Part shown: positions 11,932-22,447 of the stretch, one piece after another
Position numbering within the stretch: position 1 is the first letter of the stretch
Layout of the letters: every line of letters starts with the position of its first letter
Assembly: GCA_965223505.1 (NCBI GenBank)
Contig: CBDCWP010000034.1
Coordinates: forward strand, 160,001 to 224,000
From: Planctomycetota bacterium
Lineage (GTDB): Bacteria; Planctomycetota; PLA2; JAEUHO01
DNA length: 64,000 bases
Reading direction: 5' to 3'
Program-made: the position numbers and the translations under genes
Notes under the pieces: model-generated
Seen by the model: only the letters and a program-made list of their open reading frames with translations
The model's database searches: none
Told to the model about the DNA's origin: nothing

Positions 11932-12591
11932 ATGGGTCAAAAGACACATCCCGTCGGATTCCGCACCGGGATCTATCTCGATTGGAACTCGCGTTGGTAC
12001 GCCAACAAGAAGGACTTCGCGCGCCTTCTGCGCGAGGACCGCGAGATTCGCACCTTCATCAAGAAGGAGTTCTACGGCGCGGGCATCCCGAAGATCGAGA
12101 TCGAGCGCAAGGCCGACGCGCTGCGCGTGATCGTCCACACCGCCAAGCCCGGCGTCCTCATCGGCCGCAAGGGCGTCAAGGCGGAGGAGCTCAAGAAGCG
12201 CATCGAGAAGCTGACCGGCCGCCGTGCGGGCCTCGACATCGTCGAGATCCCGCGCCCCGAGCTGAACGCGCCGCTGGTCGCGCAGCAGGTCGCCGAGCAG
12301 CTGATGAAGCGCGCCGCGTACCGTCGCACGCTCAAGCGCGCCATCGGCCACACGATGGATCGTGGCGCCAAGGGCGTGAAGATCCTGATCGGCGGCCGAC
12401 TGGGCGGCATGGAGATCGCCCGCACCGAGAAGCAGAGCCAGGGTTCGATCCCGCTGTCCACGCTCAAGGCCGACATCAGCTACGGCCAGGCGACCGCGCG
12501 CACCACGTACGGCACGATCGGCGTGAAGGTCTGGATCTACCTCGGCACGCTCGCGAAGGCCGAGCCCAAGCGTCGTGAGGAGGTCCTCTGA
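11932..12591 (+). CDS. rpsC: 30S ribosomal protein S3
   Basis: MGQKTHPVGFR...TTYGTIGVKVWI. Confidence 0.99.
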   Translation: MGQKTHPVGFRTGIYLDWNSRWYANKKDFARLLREDREIRTFIKKEFYGAGIPKIEIERKADALRVIVHTAKPGVLIGRKGVKAEELKKRIEKLTGRRAGLDIVEIPRPELNAPLVAQQVAEQLMKRAAYRRTLKRAIGHTMDRGAKGVKILIGGRLGGMEIARTEKQSQGSIPLSTLKADISYGQATARTTYGTIGVKVWIYLGTLAKAEPKRREEVL

Positions 12592-13010
12592 TGTTGATGC
12601 CCAAGCGGGTCAAGTACCGGAAGCCCCAGCGCGGCCGGATCAAGGTGAACAGCGTCGCGCAGCGCGGCAACACCGTCGCGTTCGGCGACTACGGCATCCA
12701 GGCGCTGCAGGCCGGCTGGATTCCCGCGAACGTGATCGAGGCCGGTCGTGTCGCGGCCGTGCGCGGATCGCCCGACGGGCGCATCTACATCCGCATCTTC
12801 CCGCACAAGGCGATCACGTCGACGCCGGAAGAGACGCGGATGGGCACCGGCAAGGGCGAGCCGGACTACTGGGCGGCCGTCGTGCGGCCCGGAACGATTC
12901 TGTACGAAGTCGGCGGCGGAGTCTCCGAAGACGAGGCCCGTCGGACCATGAACAAGGTCGCGCACAAGATGCCCATCAAGTGCCGGTTCGTGAAGCGGAG
13001 GAAGGCATGA
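12591..13010 (+). CDS. rplP: 50S ribosomal protein L16
   Basis: MLMPKRVKYRK, TRMGTGKG. Confidence 0.99.
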   Translation: MLMPKRVKYRKPQRGRIKVNSVAQRGNTVAFGDYGIQALQAGWIPANVIEAGRVAAVRGSPDGRIYIRIFPHKAITSTPEETRMGTGKGEPDYWAAVVRPGTILYEVGGGVSEDEARRTMNKVAHKMPIKCRFVKRRKA

Positions 13011-13225
13011 GGCCCCGCGACATTCGACGCCGCGAGACGCCCGATCTCGAGCAGGAGATCGTCCGTCTGCGCGACGAGATCTTTCAGCACCGATTCCACG
13101 GTCAGAGCGAGGAGAAGGTCGACCGCGGCCTCATTCGCCGGCACCGTCGCGACATCGCGCGCATCAAGACCATTCTCAAGGAACGTGAAGGCGGCCAGGC
13201 CGTCCTCGCGAAGGAAGCTGAGTAG
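13007..13225 (+). CDS. rpmC: 50S ribosomal protein L29
   Basis: [11 protein letters not shown]; position in S10 operon. Confidence 0.95.
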   Translation: MRPRDIRRRETPDLEQEIVRLRDEIFQHRFHGQSEEKVDRGLIRRHRRDIARIKTILKEREGGQAVLAKEAE

Positions 13226-13227
13226 CC

Positions 13228-13611
13228 ATGTCCGGTGAACAAAACACCCGTGCACGGGGCCAGCGCAAGACGGTCGAGGGGTACGTCGTGTCCGACAAGA
13301 TGGACAAGACGATCACCGTTCGTTCCGAGCGGCTCGTGAAGCACCCGCTGTACGGCAAGTACATCCGTCGCGCGACCATCGCCAAGGCGCACGACGAGAA
13401 CAACGAGGCGCAGCAAGGCGATCTCGTCGAGATCGCGTTCACGCGTCCGCTGAGCAAGACCAAGAACTGGCGCCTCGTGAAGATCGTCCGGCGTTCGACG
13501 CTGGCCGGTCCGGTGCCGGTCGAGGACGAGGTCGCGGAGGTCGTCGAGGCCGCGGCGCCCGAGTCCCCCGCGCCGGACGCTGAAGCGGAAGGGGAGGAGA
13601 GCTCCTCATGA
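13228..13611 (+). CDS. rpsQ: 30S ribosomal protein S17 (acidic tail)
   Basis: [22 protein letters not shown]. Confidence 0.98.
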   Translation: MSGEQNTRARGQRKTVEGYVVSDKMDKTITVRSERLVKHPLYGKYIRRATIAKAHDENNEAQQGDLVEIAFTRPLSKTKNWRLVKIVRRSTLAGPVPVEDEVAEVVEAAAPESPAPDAEAEGEESSS

Positions 13612-13976
13612 TCCAGCTTCGCACCTGGCTCGACGTCGCGGACAACTCCGGGGCGAAGCGCTGTCACACCATCAAGGTGGTGGGCCGCGGGAACAAGGAC
13701 ACCGCGGAGATCGGCGACATCGTCGTCTGCTCCGTGCGCAAGGCCATTCCGTCGTCTCCGATCAAGACCGGCACCGTGGTGCGCGGCGTCGTCGTACGTA
13801 CGCGCAACGCGCACAGGCGGTCGGACGGCTCGTATGTGCGCTTCGACTCGAACGCGATCGTCCTCATCAACGAGGACAAGAGCCCCAAGGGGACGCGCGT
13901 GTTCGGAGCCGTAGCGCGTGAACTTCGCCGCAAGGGCTTCACGAAGATCGTGAACCTCGCGCAGGAGGTCGTGTGA
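13608..13976 (+). CDS. rplN: 50S ribosomal protein L14
   Basis: [20 protein letters not shown]. Confidence 0.99.
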   Translation: MIQLRTWLDVADNSGAKRCHTIKVVGRGNKDTAEIGDIVVCSVRKAIPSSPIKTGTVVRGVVVRTRNAHRRSDGSYVRFDSNAIVLINEDKSPKGTRVFGAVARELRRKGFTKIVNLAQEVV

Positions 13977-14326
13977 TGCCGAAACGCGTACGCAAGGGCG
14001 ACATGGTCGCCGTCATCTCCGGCGACGACAAAGGCAAGCGGGGCCGCGTTCTCAAGGTGGTCACCGACAAGAACCGGGTCGTCGTCGAGGGCGTCAACCT
14101 CGTCTACAAGCACCTGCGCAAGAGCCAGCAGCACCCGCAGGGCGGTCGCATCCGTCGCGAAGCCGCCGTGCACATCAGCAACGTCATGCCTCTGGACCCG
14201 GAAGAGAACAAGCCTACGCGCGTGAGCTACCGCGATGTGGACGGCAAGCGCGCGCGCGTCGCGCGCCGAACCGGCAACGCGATCGACGGTGCCGCGCCGG
14301 CCAAGGGCAAGAAGGGAAAGGATTAG
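13976..14326 (+). CDS. rplX: 50S ribosomal protein L24
   Basis: KGDMVAVISGDDKGKRG, EAAVHISNV. Confidence 0.98.
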   Translation: MPKRVRKGDMVAVISGDDKGKRGRVLKVVTDKNRVVVEGVNLVYKHLRKSQQHPQGGRIRREAAVHISNVMPLDPEENKPTRVSYRDVDGKRARVARRTGNAIDGAAPAKGKKGKD

Positions 14327-14329
14327 CGG

Positions 14330-14884
14330 ATGGCTCGTCTTCGTGACCAGTATCTGTCCACGATCCGGGACGATCTGAAGACCAAGCTCGGCATCGACAA
14401 CCCGCATGCGCTCCCGCGTCTGAAGAAGATCACGGTGTCGTGCGGCGTCGGTGACGCCAAGGACAACAAGAAGCTGCTGACGAACGCAGTGGCGATCCTC
14501 GAGAAGATCACCGGCCAGAAGGCCGTCATCACCCGCGCCCGCAAGTCGGTCGCGCAGTTCCGCTTGCGTCAGGGCATGGCCGTCGGCTGCCGCGTGACGC
14601 TGCGCGGCGCTCGGATGTACGAGTTCCTGGATCGTCTCGTCAACGTCGTCATTCCGCGTATCCGCGACTTCCGCGGCTTGAAGCGCAGTCTCGACGGGCG
14701 CGGCAACTTCAACATGGGCCTGAACGAACAGTCGGTCTTTCCCGAGATCGACACCGACCTGCTCGAGTTCACACAGGGAATGAACATCGCCATCACGATC
14801 GCGGGTGGCTCGGATGAACACAGTGCGGCGTTGTTGGAAGCATTCAGCTTCCCCTTCCGCCGAGAGGAGGCGACAGTTGGCTAA
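14330..14884 (+). CDS. rplE: 50S ribosomal protein L5
   Basis: [18 protein letters not shown]. Confidence 0.99.
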   Translation: MARLRDQYLSTIRDDLKTKLGIDNPHALPRLKKITVSCGVGDAKDNKKLLTNAVAILEKITGQKAVITRARKSVAQFRLRQGMAVGCRVTLRGARMYEFLDRLVNVVIPRIRDFRGLKRSLDGRGNFNMGLNEQSVFPEIDTDLLEFTQGMNIAITIAGGSDEHSAALLEAFSFPFRREEATVG

Positions 14885-15062
14885 GCGCTGCCTCATCGTC
14901 AAACAGCAAAAGAAACCGAAGTTCAGCACGCGTGCGTACACGCGCTGCCAGTTCTGCGGGCGTCCGCGGGCCGTCTACCGGAAGTTCGGCATCTGCCGCA
15001 TCTGCTTCCGCGAGATGGCGTTGCAAGGCGAGATTCCCGGACTTCGGAAAGCGTCCTGGTAG
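14877..15062 (+). CDS. rpsZ: 30S ribosomal protein S14, Zn-binding type Z
   Basis: TTG start; RCQFCGRPR...GICRICFR...[11 protein letters not shown]. Confidence 0.97.
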   Translation: MAKRCLIVKQQKKPKFSTRAYTRCQFCGRPRAVYRKFGICRICFREMALQGEIPGLRKASW

Positions 15063-15073
15063 GGGGTGTCGAT

Positions 15074-15475
15074 ATGTCAATGAACGACACGATTGCAGAC
15101 ATGCTCACCCGGATTCGGAACGGGATCCAGGTGCGCCGTGAAGAGGTCGACGTGATCGGTTCGCGGGTCAACCGCGCGATCGCGGACGTGCTCGTACGCG
15201 AGGGTTTCGCCACGGGCGTCAACGACGTGCTCGACCCGCGCGGCTATCCCGCGCTGCGCGTCGGCCTGAAGTACGATCGGGACGGCGGCTCCGTCATCTC
15301 GAAGATCGACCGGGTGTCGAAGCCGGGCCGGCGCGTCTACCGCGGCGTCCGTGATATTCCGCGCGTGTTGAACGGGCTGGGCATCTCGGTGGTGAGCACC
15401 TCCAAGGGCATGATGTCGGACCGCGAGGCTCGCGCAGCGGGCGTCGGGGGCGAGATCCTCTGCGAGCTTTGGTAG
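15074..15475 (+). CDS. rpsH: 30S ribosomal protein S8
   Basis: IADMLTRIRN, SKPGRRVY, GGEILC. Confidence 0.99.
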   Translation: MSMNDTIADMLTRIRNGIQVRREEVDVIGSRVNRAIADVLVREGFATGVNDVLDPRGYPALRVGLKYDRDGGSVISKIDRVSKPGRRVYRGVRDIPRVLNGLGISVVSTSKGMMSDREARAAGVGGEILCELW

Positions 15476-15493
15476 CGAGGGGAAGGAACCACG

Positions 15494-16042
15494 ATGTCCA
15501 GAGTCGGTAGAGCCCCCATCAAGATCCTCGACGGCGTCGAAGTGAACGTCGCCGGCGACACCGTCACCGTGAAGGGCCCCAAAGGCGAGCTCAAGCGCGA
15601 GCTCACGGGCGGCATCACGGCCAAGGTCGAGGACGGCAACGTCCACGTCGCGCGGTCGAACAACTCGATCGACAGCCGGTCGCGCCACGGCCTGTTCCGC
15701 GCCCTGATCAACGGCATGGTCGAAGGCGTCGCGAACGGCTTCGAGAGGCGCCTCGAGATCGTCGGCGTCTCCTACGGCGCCTCGGTCGAAGGCAACCGGT
15801 TGAAGCTGCAGGTCGGATTCAGTCATCCGGTGTACGTCGACATTCCCGCGGGTCTCAAGGTCGAGTGCCCGAGCCTCGTCCAGGTCATCGTGACGGGTTG
15901 CGACAAGCAGCTCGTCGGCGAGTTCGCGGCGCGCGTGCGCCGGGTCCGCCCGCCGGAGCCCTACAAGGGCAAGGGCGTGCGCTATCTGGGCGAGCAGATC
16001 ATCCAGAAGGCCGGCAAGTCGTTCGTCGGCGGGGAGAAGTAG
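15494..16042 (+). CDS. rplF: 50S ribosomal protein L6
   Basis: MSRVGR, PEPYKGKGVRY. Confidence 0.99.
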   Translation: MSRVGRAPIKILDGVEVNVAGDTVTVKGPKGELKRELTGGITAKVEDGNVHVARSNNSIDSRSRHGLFRALINGMVEGVANGFERRLEIVGVSYGASVEGNRLKLQVGFSHPVYVDIPAGLKVECPSLVQVIVTGCDKQLVGEFAARVRRVRPPEPYKGKGVRYLGEQIIQKAGKSFVGGEK

Positions 16043-16044
16043 TC

Positions 16045-16401
16045 GTGGGTCAGATCAAGCGAATGGAAAAGCGCCGGCGCAATCGGGCGTTCCGCGTGCG
16101 CCGCAAGGTGCGCGGAACCGCCGAGCGTCCGCGCATCAGCGTGTACCGCACCAACATGCACATCTACGCGCAGATCATCGACGACGAGGCCGAGCGCACG
16201 CTTTGTCAGACGTCTTCCAAGGCGCTGAAGATGGCGTACGGCGGCAACATCGAGGCGGCCAAGAAGGTCGGCGAAGAGCTGGGCAAGTTGGCCAAGAAGA
16301 ACAAGATCGAACGCGCGGGCTTCGACCGCGGCTCACGCGCCTACCACGGCAGGGTCAAGGCCCTGGCCGAGGCGGTGCGCGAAGCAGGTGTGAAGTTCTA
16401 G
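16045..16401 (+). CDS. rplR: 50S ribosomal protein L18
   Basis: GTAERPR, HIYAQIIDD, YHGRVKALAE; GTG start. Confidence 0.98.
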   Translation: MGQIKRMEKRRRNRAFRVRRKVRGTAERPRISVYRTNMHIYAQIIDDEAERTLCQTSSKALKMAYGGNIEAAKKVGEELGKLAKKNKIERAGFDRGSRAYHGRVKALAEAVREAGVKF

Positions 16402-16414
16402 GGCGGGAGTAAGC

Positions 16415-16912
16415 ATGCGCCGAGAAATCGACAACGTAGATGCAGAGGGCCTCGACCTGGTTGACCAGGTCGTCAAGATCAACCGGTCGGCCAAGGTCAT
16501 GAAGGGCGGACGCCGTTTCGGCTTCAGCGCCCTCGTGGTGGTCGGTGACGGTCGCGGCGTCGTGGGCCTGGGCTTCGGCAAGGCGCGCGAGGTGCCGCCG
16601 GCGGTCGAGAAGGCCGTGACGGACGCGAAGAAGAATCTCGCCCGCGTGAAGATCAAGGGCACGACGATTCCGCACGCGTTTGTGGCCGAATTCCGCTCGA
16701 GCAAGGTGAAGATGATCCCTGCGGCGCCCGGAACCGGCATCGTTGCGGGCGCGCCCGTTCGTGCGGTCCTGGAAGCTGCCGGTGTCCACGACGTCTTGAC
16801 CAAGGCGCTGGGCAGCAAGAACCCGATGAACCTGGCCAAGGCCACCTTCGAGGGCCTGCTCGCCATGCGGACGCGGCGCGACGTCGCCGCCGGCCGCGGC
16901 GTGGAGCTTTGA
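16415..16912 (+). CDS. rpsE: 30S ribosomal protein S5
   Basis: KVMKGGRRFGFSALVVVGD, APGTGIVAG. Confidence 0.99.
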   Translation: MRREIDNVDAEGLDLVDQVVKINRSAKVMKGGRRFGFSALVVVGDGRGVVGLGFGKAREVPPAVEKAVTDAKKNLARVKIKGTTIPHAFVAEFRSSKVKMIPAAPGTGIVAGAPVRAVLEAAGVHDVLTKALGSKNPMNLAKATFEGLLAMRTRRDVAAGRGVEL

Positions 16913-16913
16913 G

Positions 16914-17475
16914 ATGAACCTCTCCGACGTCAACAAGATCAAGGTCAAGCGCAAGAAGCGCCACCGCGTCGGCCGCGGACAGGGTTCCGGCTGGGGCACG
17001 ACCCTCGGGTCGCGGCCACAAGGGCGCCGGCCAGCGCTCCGGGAACCGGATCCGTCTGCGCTTCGAGGGTGGCCAGATGCCGCTCTATCGCCGGCTGCCG
17101 AAGAAGGGCTTCTCGAACGCCAAGTTCAAGGTGACCTACCACGCGGTCAACGTCGGCGACCTCGAAAAGGTCTTCGAGGCCGGCGACGAGGTGAACCTCG
17201 ACATCGTCAAGGCTCGCGGTCTGGCGCCGAAGAAGGCGAAGTTCTTCAAGGTGCTCGGCTACGGCGACCTGACCAAGGCGCTGAAGATCACCGCGCACGG
17301 CGTGAGCGCCGGGGCGCGGACGAAGATCGAGGACGCGAAGGGCAGCGTCGAGCTGCTGCCGACGCGTACCGAGTACCGCGAGAAGGGCGTGCGCAAGGGC
17401 GGTGTCGCCCCGGCTGCCGCCGAGCCCGCGGCTCCCGAGACGAGTGACGAGAACAGCGAGGCCTCTGACGAATGA
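16914..17475 (+). CDS. rplO: 50S ribosomal protein L15 with an apparent +1 frameshift near 17002-17004
   Basis: RVGRGQGSGWGTT in one frame; SGRGHKGAGQRSG...FEGGQMPLYRRLPK in the next; one extra C in accc. Confidence 0.93.
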
Positions 17476-18788
17476 TCGGGAGCTTCACCAACCTCTTCCG
17501 CGTCCCGGACATCCGGAAGCGCCTCGGGATCACCCTCGGGTTCCTGCTGCTCTATCGAGTCGGCTGGAACATCCCGATTCCGGGTGTGGATCTCGGACTG
17601 CTGGACCGCGCGTCGAGTCAGACGGGTGGGGGCGACTTCGCCGCCATCTTCAGCCTGATCTCCGGCGGCGGACTCTACTCCTGCGCCCTGTTCAGCCTCG
17701 GCATCATGCCGTACATCAGCGCGAGCATCATCTTCAGCCTGCTGACCAAGGTCGTGCCGAGCCTGGAGAAGGTCGCCAAGGAGGGCGCCGCGGGTCAGCG
17801 CAAGATCAACCAGTGGACGCGTCTGACGACGGTTCCTCTGTCGATGTTGCAGGCCGTGATCCTGGTCGGGAACGTCTACCAGAATCCCAACAGCCAGCTC
17901 GGCGGCGCGCTGCTCGAGCCCGGCTTCCTGCCCGCGCTCACCGCTGTCATGACGCTCACGGCCGGCACCATCTTCCTGATGTGGGTCGGCGAGCAGATCA
18001 CCGAGTACGGCGTCGGCAACGGCATCTCGCTGCTGATCATGGCGGGCATCGTGGCCCGCGTACCGGACTCCGTGGCGTGGCTGATCAAGAACGAGTCGGG
18101 CATGTTCCTGCCGTTCGCGCTGCTGGTGCTGTTCTTCGTGATCGTCATCGTGGTGGTCTACATCACGAAGGGCACGCGCAAGATCCCCGTGCAGTACGCG
18201 AAGCTGACCCGCGGCCGCAAGGTCTACGGCGGCCAGCGGCACTTCCTGCCCATCAAGGTCAACCAGGCGGGCGTGATGCCGGTCATCTTCGCCTCGGCCC
18301 TGCTGTCCTTCCCGACGATGATCGGCGAGGGCCTGAAGTGGGACTGGCTGGCCAACTCGATGCGTTTCGGCTCGTGGACCTACACGGTCACGAGCGTCCT
18401 GCTGATCTTCTTCTTCTCGTACTTCTGGACGTCGCTGATGTTCAACCCGGTCGAGATGTCGAAGAACATGAAAGAGGGCGGCTCGTTCGTTCCGGGCATC
18501 CGTCCCGGCAAGCGCACGGCCGAGTTCCTGCAGAAGGTCATGACGCGCATCACGCTGGCCGGCGCGACGTTCCTCGCCGTCATCGCCATCGTGCCGCAGT
18601 GGCTGGCGCAGGCGGTGTCGGAGAAGACGCCGGCGACCATCGCGTACTTCCTGGGCGGCACGTCGATCCTGATCGTCGTGAGCGTCGCGCTGGACCTCGT
18701 CGAGAAGCTCAACAGCGCGCTGATGATGCGCAGCTACGAGGGCTTCCTGCGCGGCGGCGCCGGCCCCGGCGGACGGAGGAAGAGGTAG
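17472..18788 (+). CDS. secY: Preprotein translocase SecY
   Basis: LGIMPYISASII, GVGNGISLLI, GVMPVIFAS, PGIRPG. Confidence 0.99.
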   Translation: MIGSFTNLFRVPDIRKRLGITLGFLLLYRVGWNIPIPGVDLGLLDRASSQTGGGDFAAIFSLISGGGLYSCALFSLGIMPYISASIIFSLLTKVVPSLEKVAKEGAAGQRKINQWTRLTTVPLSMLQAVILVGNVYQNPNSQLGGALLEPGFLPALTAVMTLTAGTIFLMWVGEQITEYGVGNGISLLIMAGIVARVPDSVAWLIKNESGMFLPFALLVLFFVIVIVVVYITKGTRKIPVQYAKLTRGRKVYGGQRHFLPIKVNQAGVMPVIFASALLSFPTMIGEGLKWDWLANSMRFGSWTYTVTSVLLIFFFSYFWTSLMFNPVEMSKNMKEGGSFVPGIRPGKRTAEFLQKVMTRITLAGATFLAVIAIVPQWLAQAVSEKTPATIAYFLGGTSILIVVSVALDLVEKLNSALMMRSYEGFLRGGAGPGGRRKR

Positions 18789-18790
18789 TC

Positions 18791-19360
18791 ATGCGACTCA
18801 TCCTTCTCGGCCCTCCCGGCGCAGGCAAAGGCACCCAGGCGGAGCGCATCTGCGCTCAGCACGAGATCCTGCACCTCTCGACCGGCGACCTGCTGCGCGC
18901 GGCCGTGGCCGCCGAGACCGAGCTGGGTGTCGATGCCAAGGGCTTCATGGACCGCGGCGAGCTCGTCCCCGACGAGCTGGTGCTCTCGTTGCTCGTGGAG
19001 CGGCTGGAGAGCGCGGAGGCGCGCGCCGGCTACCTGCTCGACGGGTTTCCGCGCAACGTGAGCCAGGCCAAGGCCCTCGCCGGCAAGATCGGTGACGACG
19101 CGATCGAAGCCGTCCTGCATCTGAAGCTGGATGACGAAGAGATCGTCCGGCGGCTGCTCTCGCGCGGCCGCAAGGACGACACCGAGCCGGTGATCCGCAA
19201 CCGGCTCAAGGTCTACCGCGAAGAGACGTCGCCGCTGATCGAGTTCTACGATCAGCGCGGGCTGCTGCGCACGGTGGACGCGAAGGGCAGCATCGACGAG
19301 ATCGCCGCGCGCATCTCGGACGTGCTCGAGAACAACGAGCCGGCGGAGCAAGGAGCATGA
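18791..19360 (+). CDS. adk: Adenylate kinase (short-LID type)
   Basis: [24 protein letters not shown] without a long LID. Confidence 0.98.
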   Translation: MRLILLGPPGAGKGTQAERICAQHEILHLSTGDLLRAAVAAETELGVDAKGFMDRGELVPDELVLSLLVERLESAEARAGYLLDGFPRNVSQAKALAGKIGDDAIEAVLHLKLDDEEIVRRLLSRGRKDDTEPVIRNRLKVYREETSPLIEFYDQRGLLRTVDAKGSIDEIAARISDVLENNEPAEQGA

Positions 19361-19382
19361 TGAAGGAACGGAAGAAGCCGTA

Positions 19383-19598
19383 ATGGCACGTGAGGACAAC
19401 CTCCGCCTCGACGCGAAAGTCGTGGAAGCCCGGCCGAACGCGATGTTCGTGTGCGAGCTCGAGAACGGTCACCGCATCCTCGCCCACATCTCGGGCAAGA
19501 TGCGGATGAACTGGATTCGGATCCTCCCCGGCGACCGCGTGACCGTCGAGATGAGCCCTTACGACCTCTCCAAAGGCCGCATCGTGTATCGCGACTAG
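19383..19598 (+). CDS. infA: Translation initiation factor IF-1
   Basis: LAHISGKMR...[14 protein letters not shown]. Confidence 0.99.
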   Translation: MAREDNLRLDAKVVEARPNAMFVCELENGHRILAHISGKMRMNWIRILPGDRVTVEMSPYDLSKGRIVYRD

Positions 19599-19618
19599 CT
19601 CGCGACAGGAATGGAACA

Positions 19619-19732
19619 ATGAAGGTTCGATCGAGCGTCAAACGCATCTGCGAGAACTGCCGGATCATCCGGCGCAAGGGCAAGGTGCGTGTCATTTGCA
19701 CGAACCCGCGCCACAAGCAGGTGCAGGGTTAG
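19619..19732 (+). CDS. rpmJ: 50S ribosomal protein L36
   Basis: [14 protein letters not shown]...HKQVQG. Confidence 0.99.
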   Translation: MKVRSSVKRICENCRIIRRKGKVRVICTNPRHKQVQG

Positions 19733-19763
19733 GCAGGGCGAAGCGCCCACAGGAGACTGAGTC

Positions 19764-20147
19764 ATGCCCCGTATCGTCGGTGTAGACATCCCCAACGAGA
19801 AGGTGACCTACGTCGCCTTGCAGTACATCCACGGCATCGGCAAGCACACGTCGCTCAAGCTCTGCGCCGCGCTCGGTCTGGACCCGACCCGGCGCGCCAA
19901 GGAGCTGACCGACGAGGAGCTCGCGCGCCTCGCCAACGAGATCGAGCAGTCGTTCGTCGTCGAGGGCAACCTGCGTCGTCAGACGCAGCAGAACATCGCC
20001 CGTCTGAAGGAGATCGGTTGCTATCGCGGCCTGCGTCACCGGCGCGGTTTGCCCGTGCGCGGACAGCGCACCCAGACCAACGCGCGGTCCCGGAAGGGGC
20101 CCCGAAAGACGGTCGCAGGCAAGAAGAGCGTCAAGCAACTTCGCTAA
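19764..20147 (+). CDS. rpsM: 30S ribosomal protein S13
   Basis: [17 protein letters not shown]. Confidence 0.99.
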   Translation: MPRIVGVDIPNEKVTYVALQYIHGIGKHTSLKLCAALGLDPTRRAKELTDEELARLANEIEQSFVVEGNLRRQTQQNIARLKEIGCYRGLRHRRGLPVRGQRTQTNARSRKGPRKTVAGKKSVKQLR

Positions 20148-20346
20148 CATACTAGGGGAAAACGAGTTAGGTCGGTCGGCTCCAAAGTTGCAGGGGGTCG
20201 CACCGGCATTAATCTGAGCCATTCGGTTTCGTCGCGCCGCCACGTCCCAGAGAACCCCCTTCCGAACGCCCATTTTTTGGGCCCTCGAAGGCCTCCCGGG
20301 CGTCCCTGCGTACGCGTTTCGAGCCGTGTGATTCGTCGGGAGCGTC

Positions 20347-20721
20347 ATGGCCGGTAAGAAGAAGATTCGCAGGAACGTTCCGAAGGCCGTGGTGCACATC
20401 CAGGCCTCGTTCAACAACACGATCGTTTCGATTGCGGCGCCCAACGGCGAGACCCTTTGCTGGGACTCAGCTGGAACCATCGGATTCAAGGGCAGCCGCA
20501 AGTCGACGCCGTTCGCCGCGCAGAAGGCCGCCGAACGCGCCGCCGAGAAGGCGCTCAAGATGGGCGTGCGCGAGGTGGAAGTCCGGGTCAAGGGACCCGG
20601 AGCAGGCCGCGAGTCGGCGATCCGCAGCCTGCAGGCGCGCGGATTGAAGATCCGCGCCATCGAAGACGTGACGCCGTTGCCGCACAACGGCTGCCGGCCG
20701 CGCAAGCGTCGCCGCGTGTAG
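20347..20721 (+). CDS. rpsK: 30S ribosomal protein S11
   Basis: [24 protein letters not shown]. Confidence 0.99.
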   Translation: MAGKKKIRRNVPKAVVHIQASFNNTIVSIAAPNGETLCWDSAGTIGFKGSRKSTPFAAQKAAERAAEKALKMGVREVEVRVKGPGAGRESAIRSLQARGLKIRAIEDVTPLPHNGCRPRKRRRV

Positions 20722-20869
20722 TCAGTTTCTCACCGGGCGCTCGCTGGACGTCCGGAGTGTTTTTCGTTCGAACCCAATCGTTTTTCTTTCAAAGCGCGAA
20801 CAGTCAACCGCACGGGCGAGCATCTACGGATTTCCGAGGCGCCGCAGCGTGGGGATTACGGAGGATTGA

Positions 20870-21931
20870 ATGAGGATCCGTTGGCGGAACCTTGAGCTTC
20901 CCACCAAAGTCGTCGCCGATTCGGCGACGCGCACCGATACCTACGCGAAGTTCACGGCGGAGCCGTTCGAGCGCGGGTACGGCGTGACGGTCGGCAACGG
21001 CCTGCGTCGGGTGCTGCTCTCCTCGATCGAGGGGACCGCGGTCACGTCGGTGAAGATCCAGGGCGTCAAGCACGAGTTCTCGTCGATCGACGGCGTGAAG
21101 GAAGACGTCACGGACATCATTCTCGCGCTGAAGGCGCTGCGGATTCAGTTCCACACGGACGATCCGAAGGTGCTGCGGATCGAGAAGTCGGGTGAGGGCC
21201 CAGTGACGGGCGCCGACATCCAGACCACCTCGGATTGCGACGTCGTCAACACCGACCTCGTCATCTGCAACCTCACCACCGATCGCGCCTTCGAGGCCGA
21301 GATCGAGGTTCGCCGCGGTCGCGGCTACGTGACCGCCGAGGAAAACTCCCGCGAGGAGCAGGAGATCGGCGTGATTCCGGTCGACGCGATCTTCTCGCCC
21401 ATCCAGCGCGTCCGCTACCGCACGGAGAACACCCGCGTCGGCAAGCTGACGAACTACGACCGGCTGATTCTCGAGCTGTGGACGGACGGGACGATCACGC
21501 CCGAGATGGCCCTGGTCGAGGCGAGCAAGATCTACCGCAAGCACCTCAACCCCTTCATCCAGTTCTTCGACGTCGGCAAGGAGCTGCTGATGGACGCCCC
21601 GGTGACGGAGCTGCCCACGGCCGCCACGTCGCCGTTCTCGCTGCCCACGTCGTTGGAGCCCGCCCCGGCGCCCGTTCAGGTCGCGGTGGGCGGTGGCGAC
21701 CGCGAGGAGGTCAAGCGTAAGCTGGAGCTCCCGATCGCGGCGATGGACCTGTCCGTGCGTGCCAGCAACTGCCTGGAGGCGGAGGGCATCCAGACCATCG
21801 CCGACCTGGTGGTGCGTGGCCACGACGAGCTCATGCACCTGAAGAACTTCGGCCGGACCTCCTTGAAGGAGATCCTGAAGAAGTTGGACGAGATGGGCCT
21901 GAGCCTCGGCATGGACGTCGAGAACATCTAG
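20870..21931 (+). CDS. rpoA: RNA polymerase alpha subunit
   Basis: PFERGYGVTVGNGLRRVLLSSI, LSVRASNCL, NFGRTSLKEI. Confidence 0.99.
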   Translation: MRIRWRNLELPTKVVADSATRTDTYAKFTAEPFERGYGVTVGNGLRRVLLSSIEGTAVTSVKIQGVKHEFSSIDGVKEDVTDIILALKALRIQFHTDDPKVLRIEKSGEGPVTGADIQTTSDCDVVNTDLVICNLTTDRAFEAEIEVRRGRGYVTAEENSREEQEIGVIPVDAIFSPIQRVRYRTENTRVGKLTNYDRLILELWTDGTITPEMALVEASKIYRKHLNPFIQFFDVGKELLMDAPVTELPTAATSPFSLPTSLEPAPAPVQVAVGGGDREEVKRKLELPIAAMDLSVRASNCLEAEGIQTIADLVVRGHDELMHLKNFGRTSLKEILKKLDEMGLSLGMDVENI

Positions 21932-21987
21932 GACCCGGCACTGAGACCGACGGACGAGATTCTGGAAGACAGGGATTAGGACGAGCC

Positions 21988-22419
21988 ATGCGACATCGTG
22001 TAGCCGGCAAGAAGCTGACCCGCGACACCCAGCACCGGGCTGCGATGCGTCGCAATCTGGCGCGAGCGCTGTTTCTGAACGGCCGGATCGTGACGACGAT
22101 GGCCAAGGCCAAGGCGACGCGACGGTACATCGACAAGCTGATCACCCGCGCGAAGCGCGCGGCGGCGCTGAAGGACTCGGACCGCGCGGCCTACGTGCAT
22201 CAGGTGCGCCTGCTGCGTCGCGAGATCCCCGAGCGCCAGATCCTGAGTCTCCTGGTCGAGCAGATCGCGCCGCTTTGCAAGGACCGTCCCGGCGGGTACA
22301 CCCGCATCATTCGCGACGCCAAGAACAACCTCGGCGACAACTCGCCGCGCGTGATCTGGGAGTTCGTGGACCGTCCGGTCGAAGAGGACGAGGCGGATAC
22401 CAAGAAGAAGAAGAAGTAG
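21988..22419 (+). CDS. rplQ: 50S ribosomal protein L17
   Basis: MRHRVAGKKL, RPGGYTRI. Confidence 0.98.
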   Translation: MRHRVAGKKLTRDTQHRAAMRRNLARALFLNGRIVTTMAKAKATRRYIDKLITRAKRAAALKDSDRAAYVHQVRLLRREIPERQILSLLVEQIAPLCKDRPGGYTRIIRDAKNNLGDNSPRVIWEFVDRPVEEDEADTKKKKK

Positions 22420-22447
22420 TAGTAGCTCGCGAGAACGAAGGAAGTGC

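Noticed and set aside
16912..20870. Absence of rpmD, map and rpsD from the spc/alpha operons
   Set aside because: Common in PVC bacteria and others, so not notable by itself
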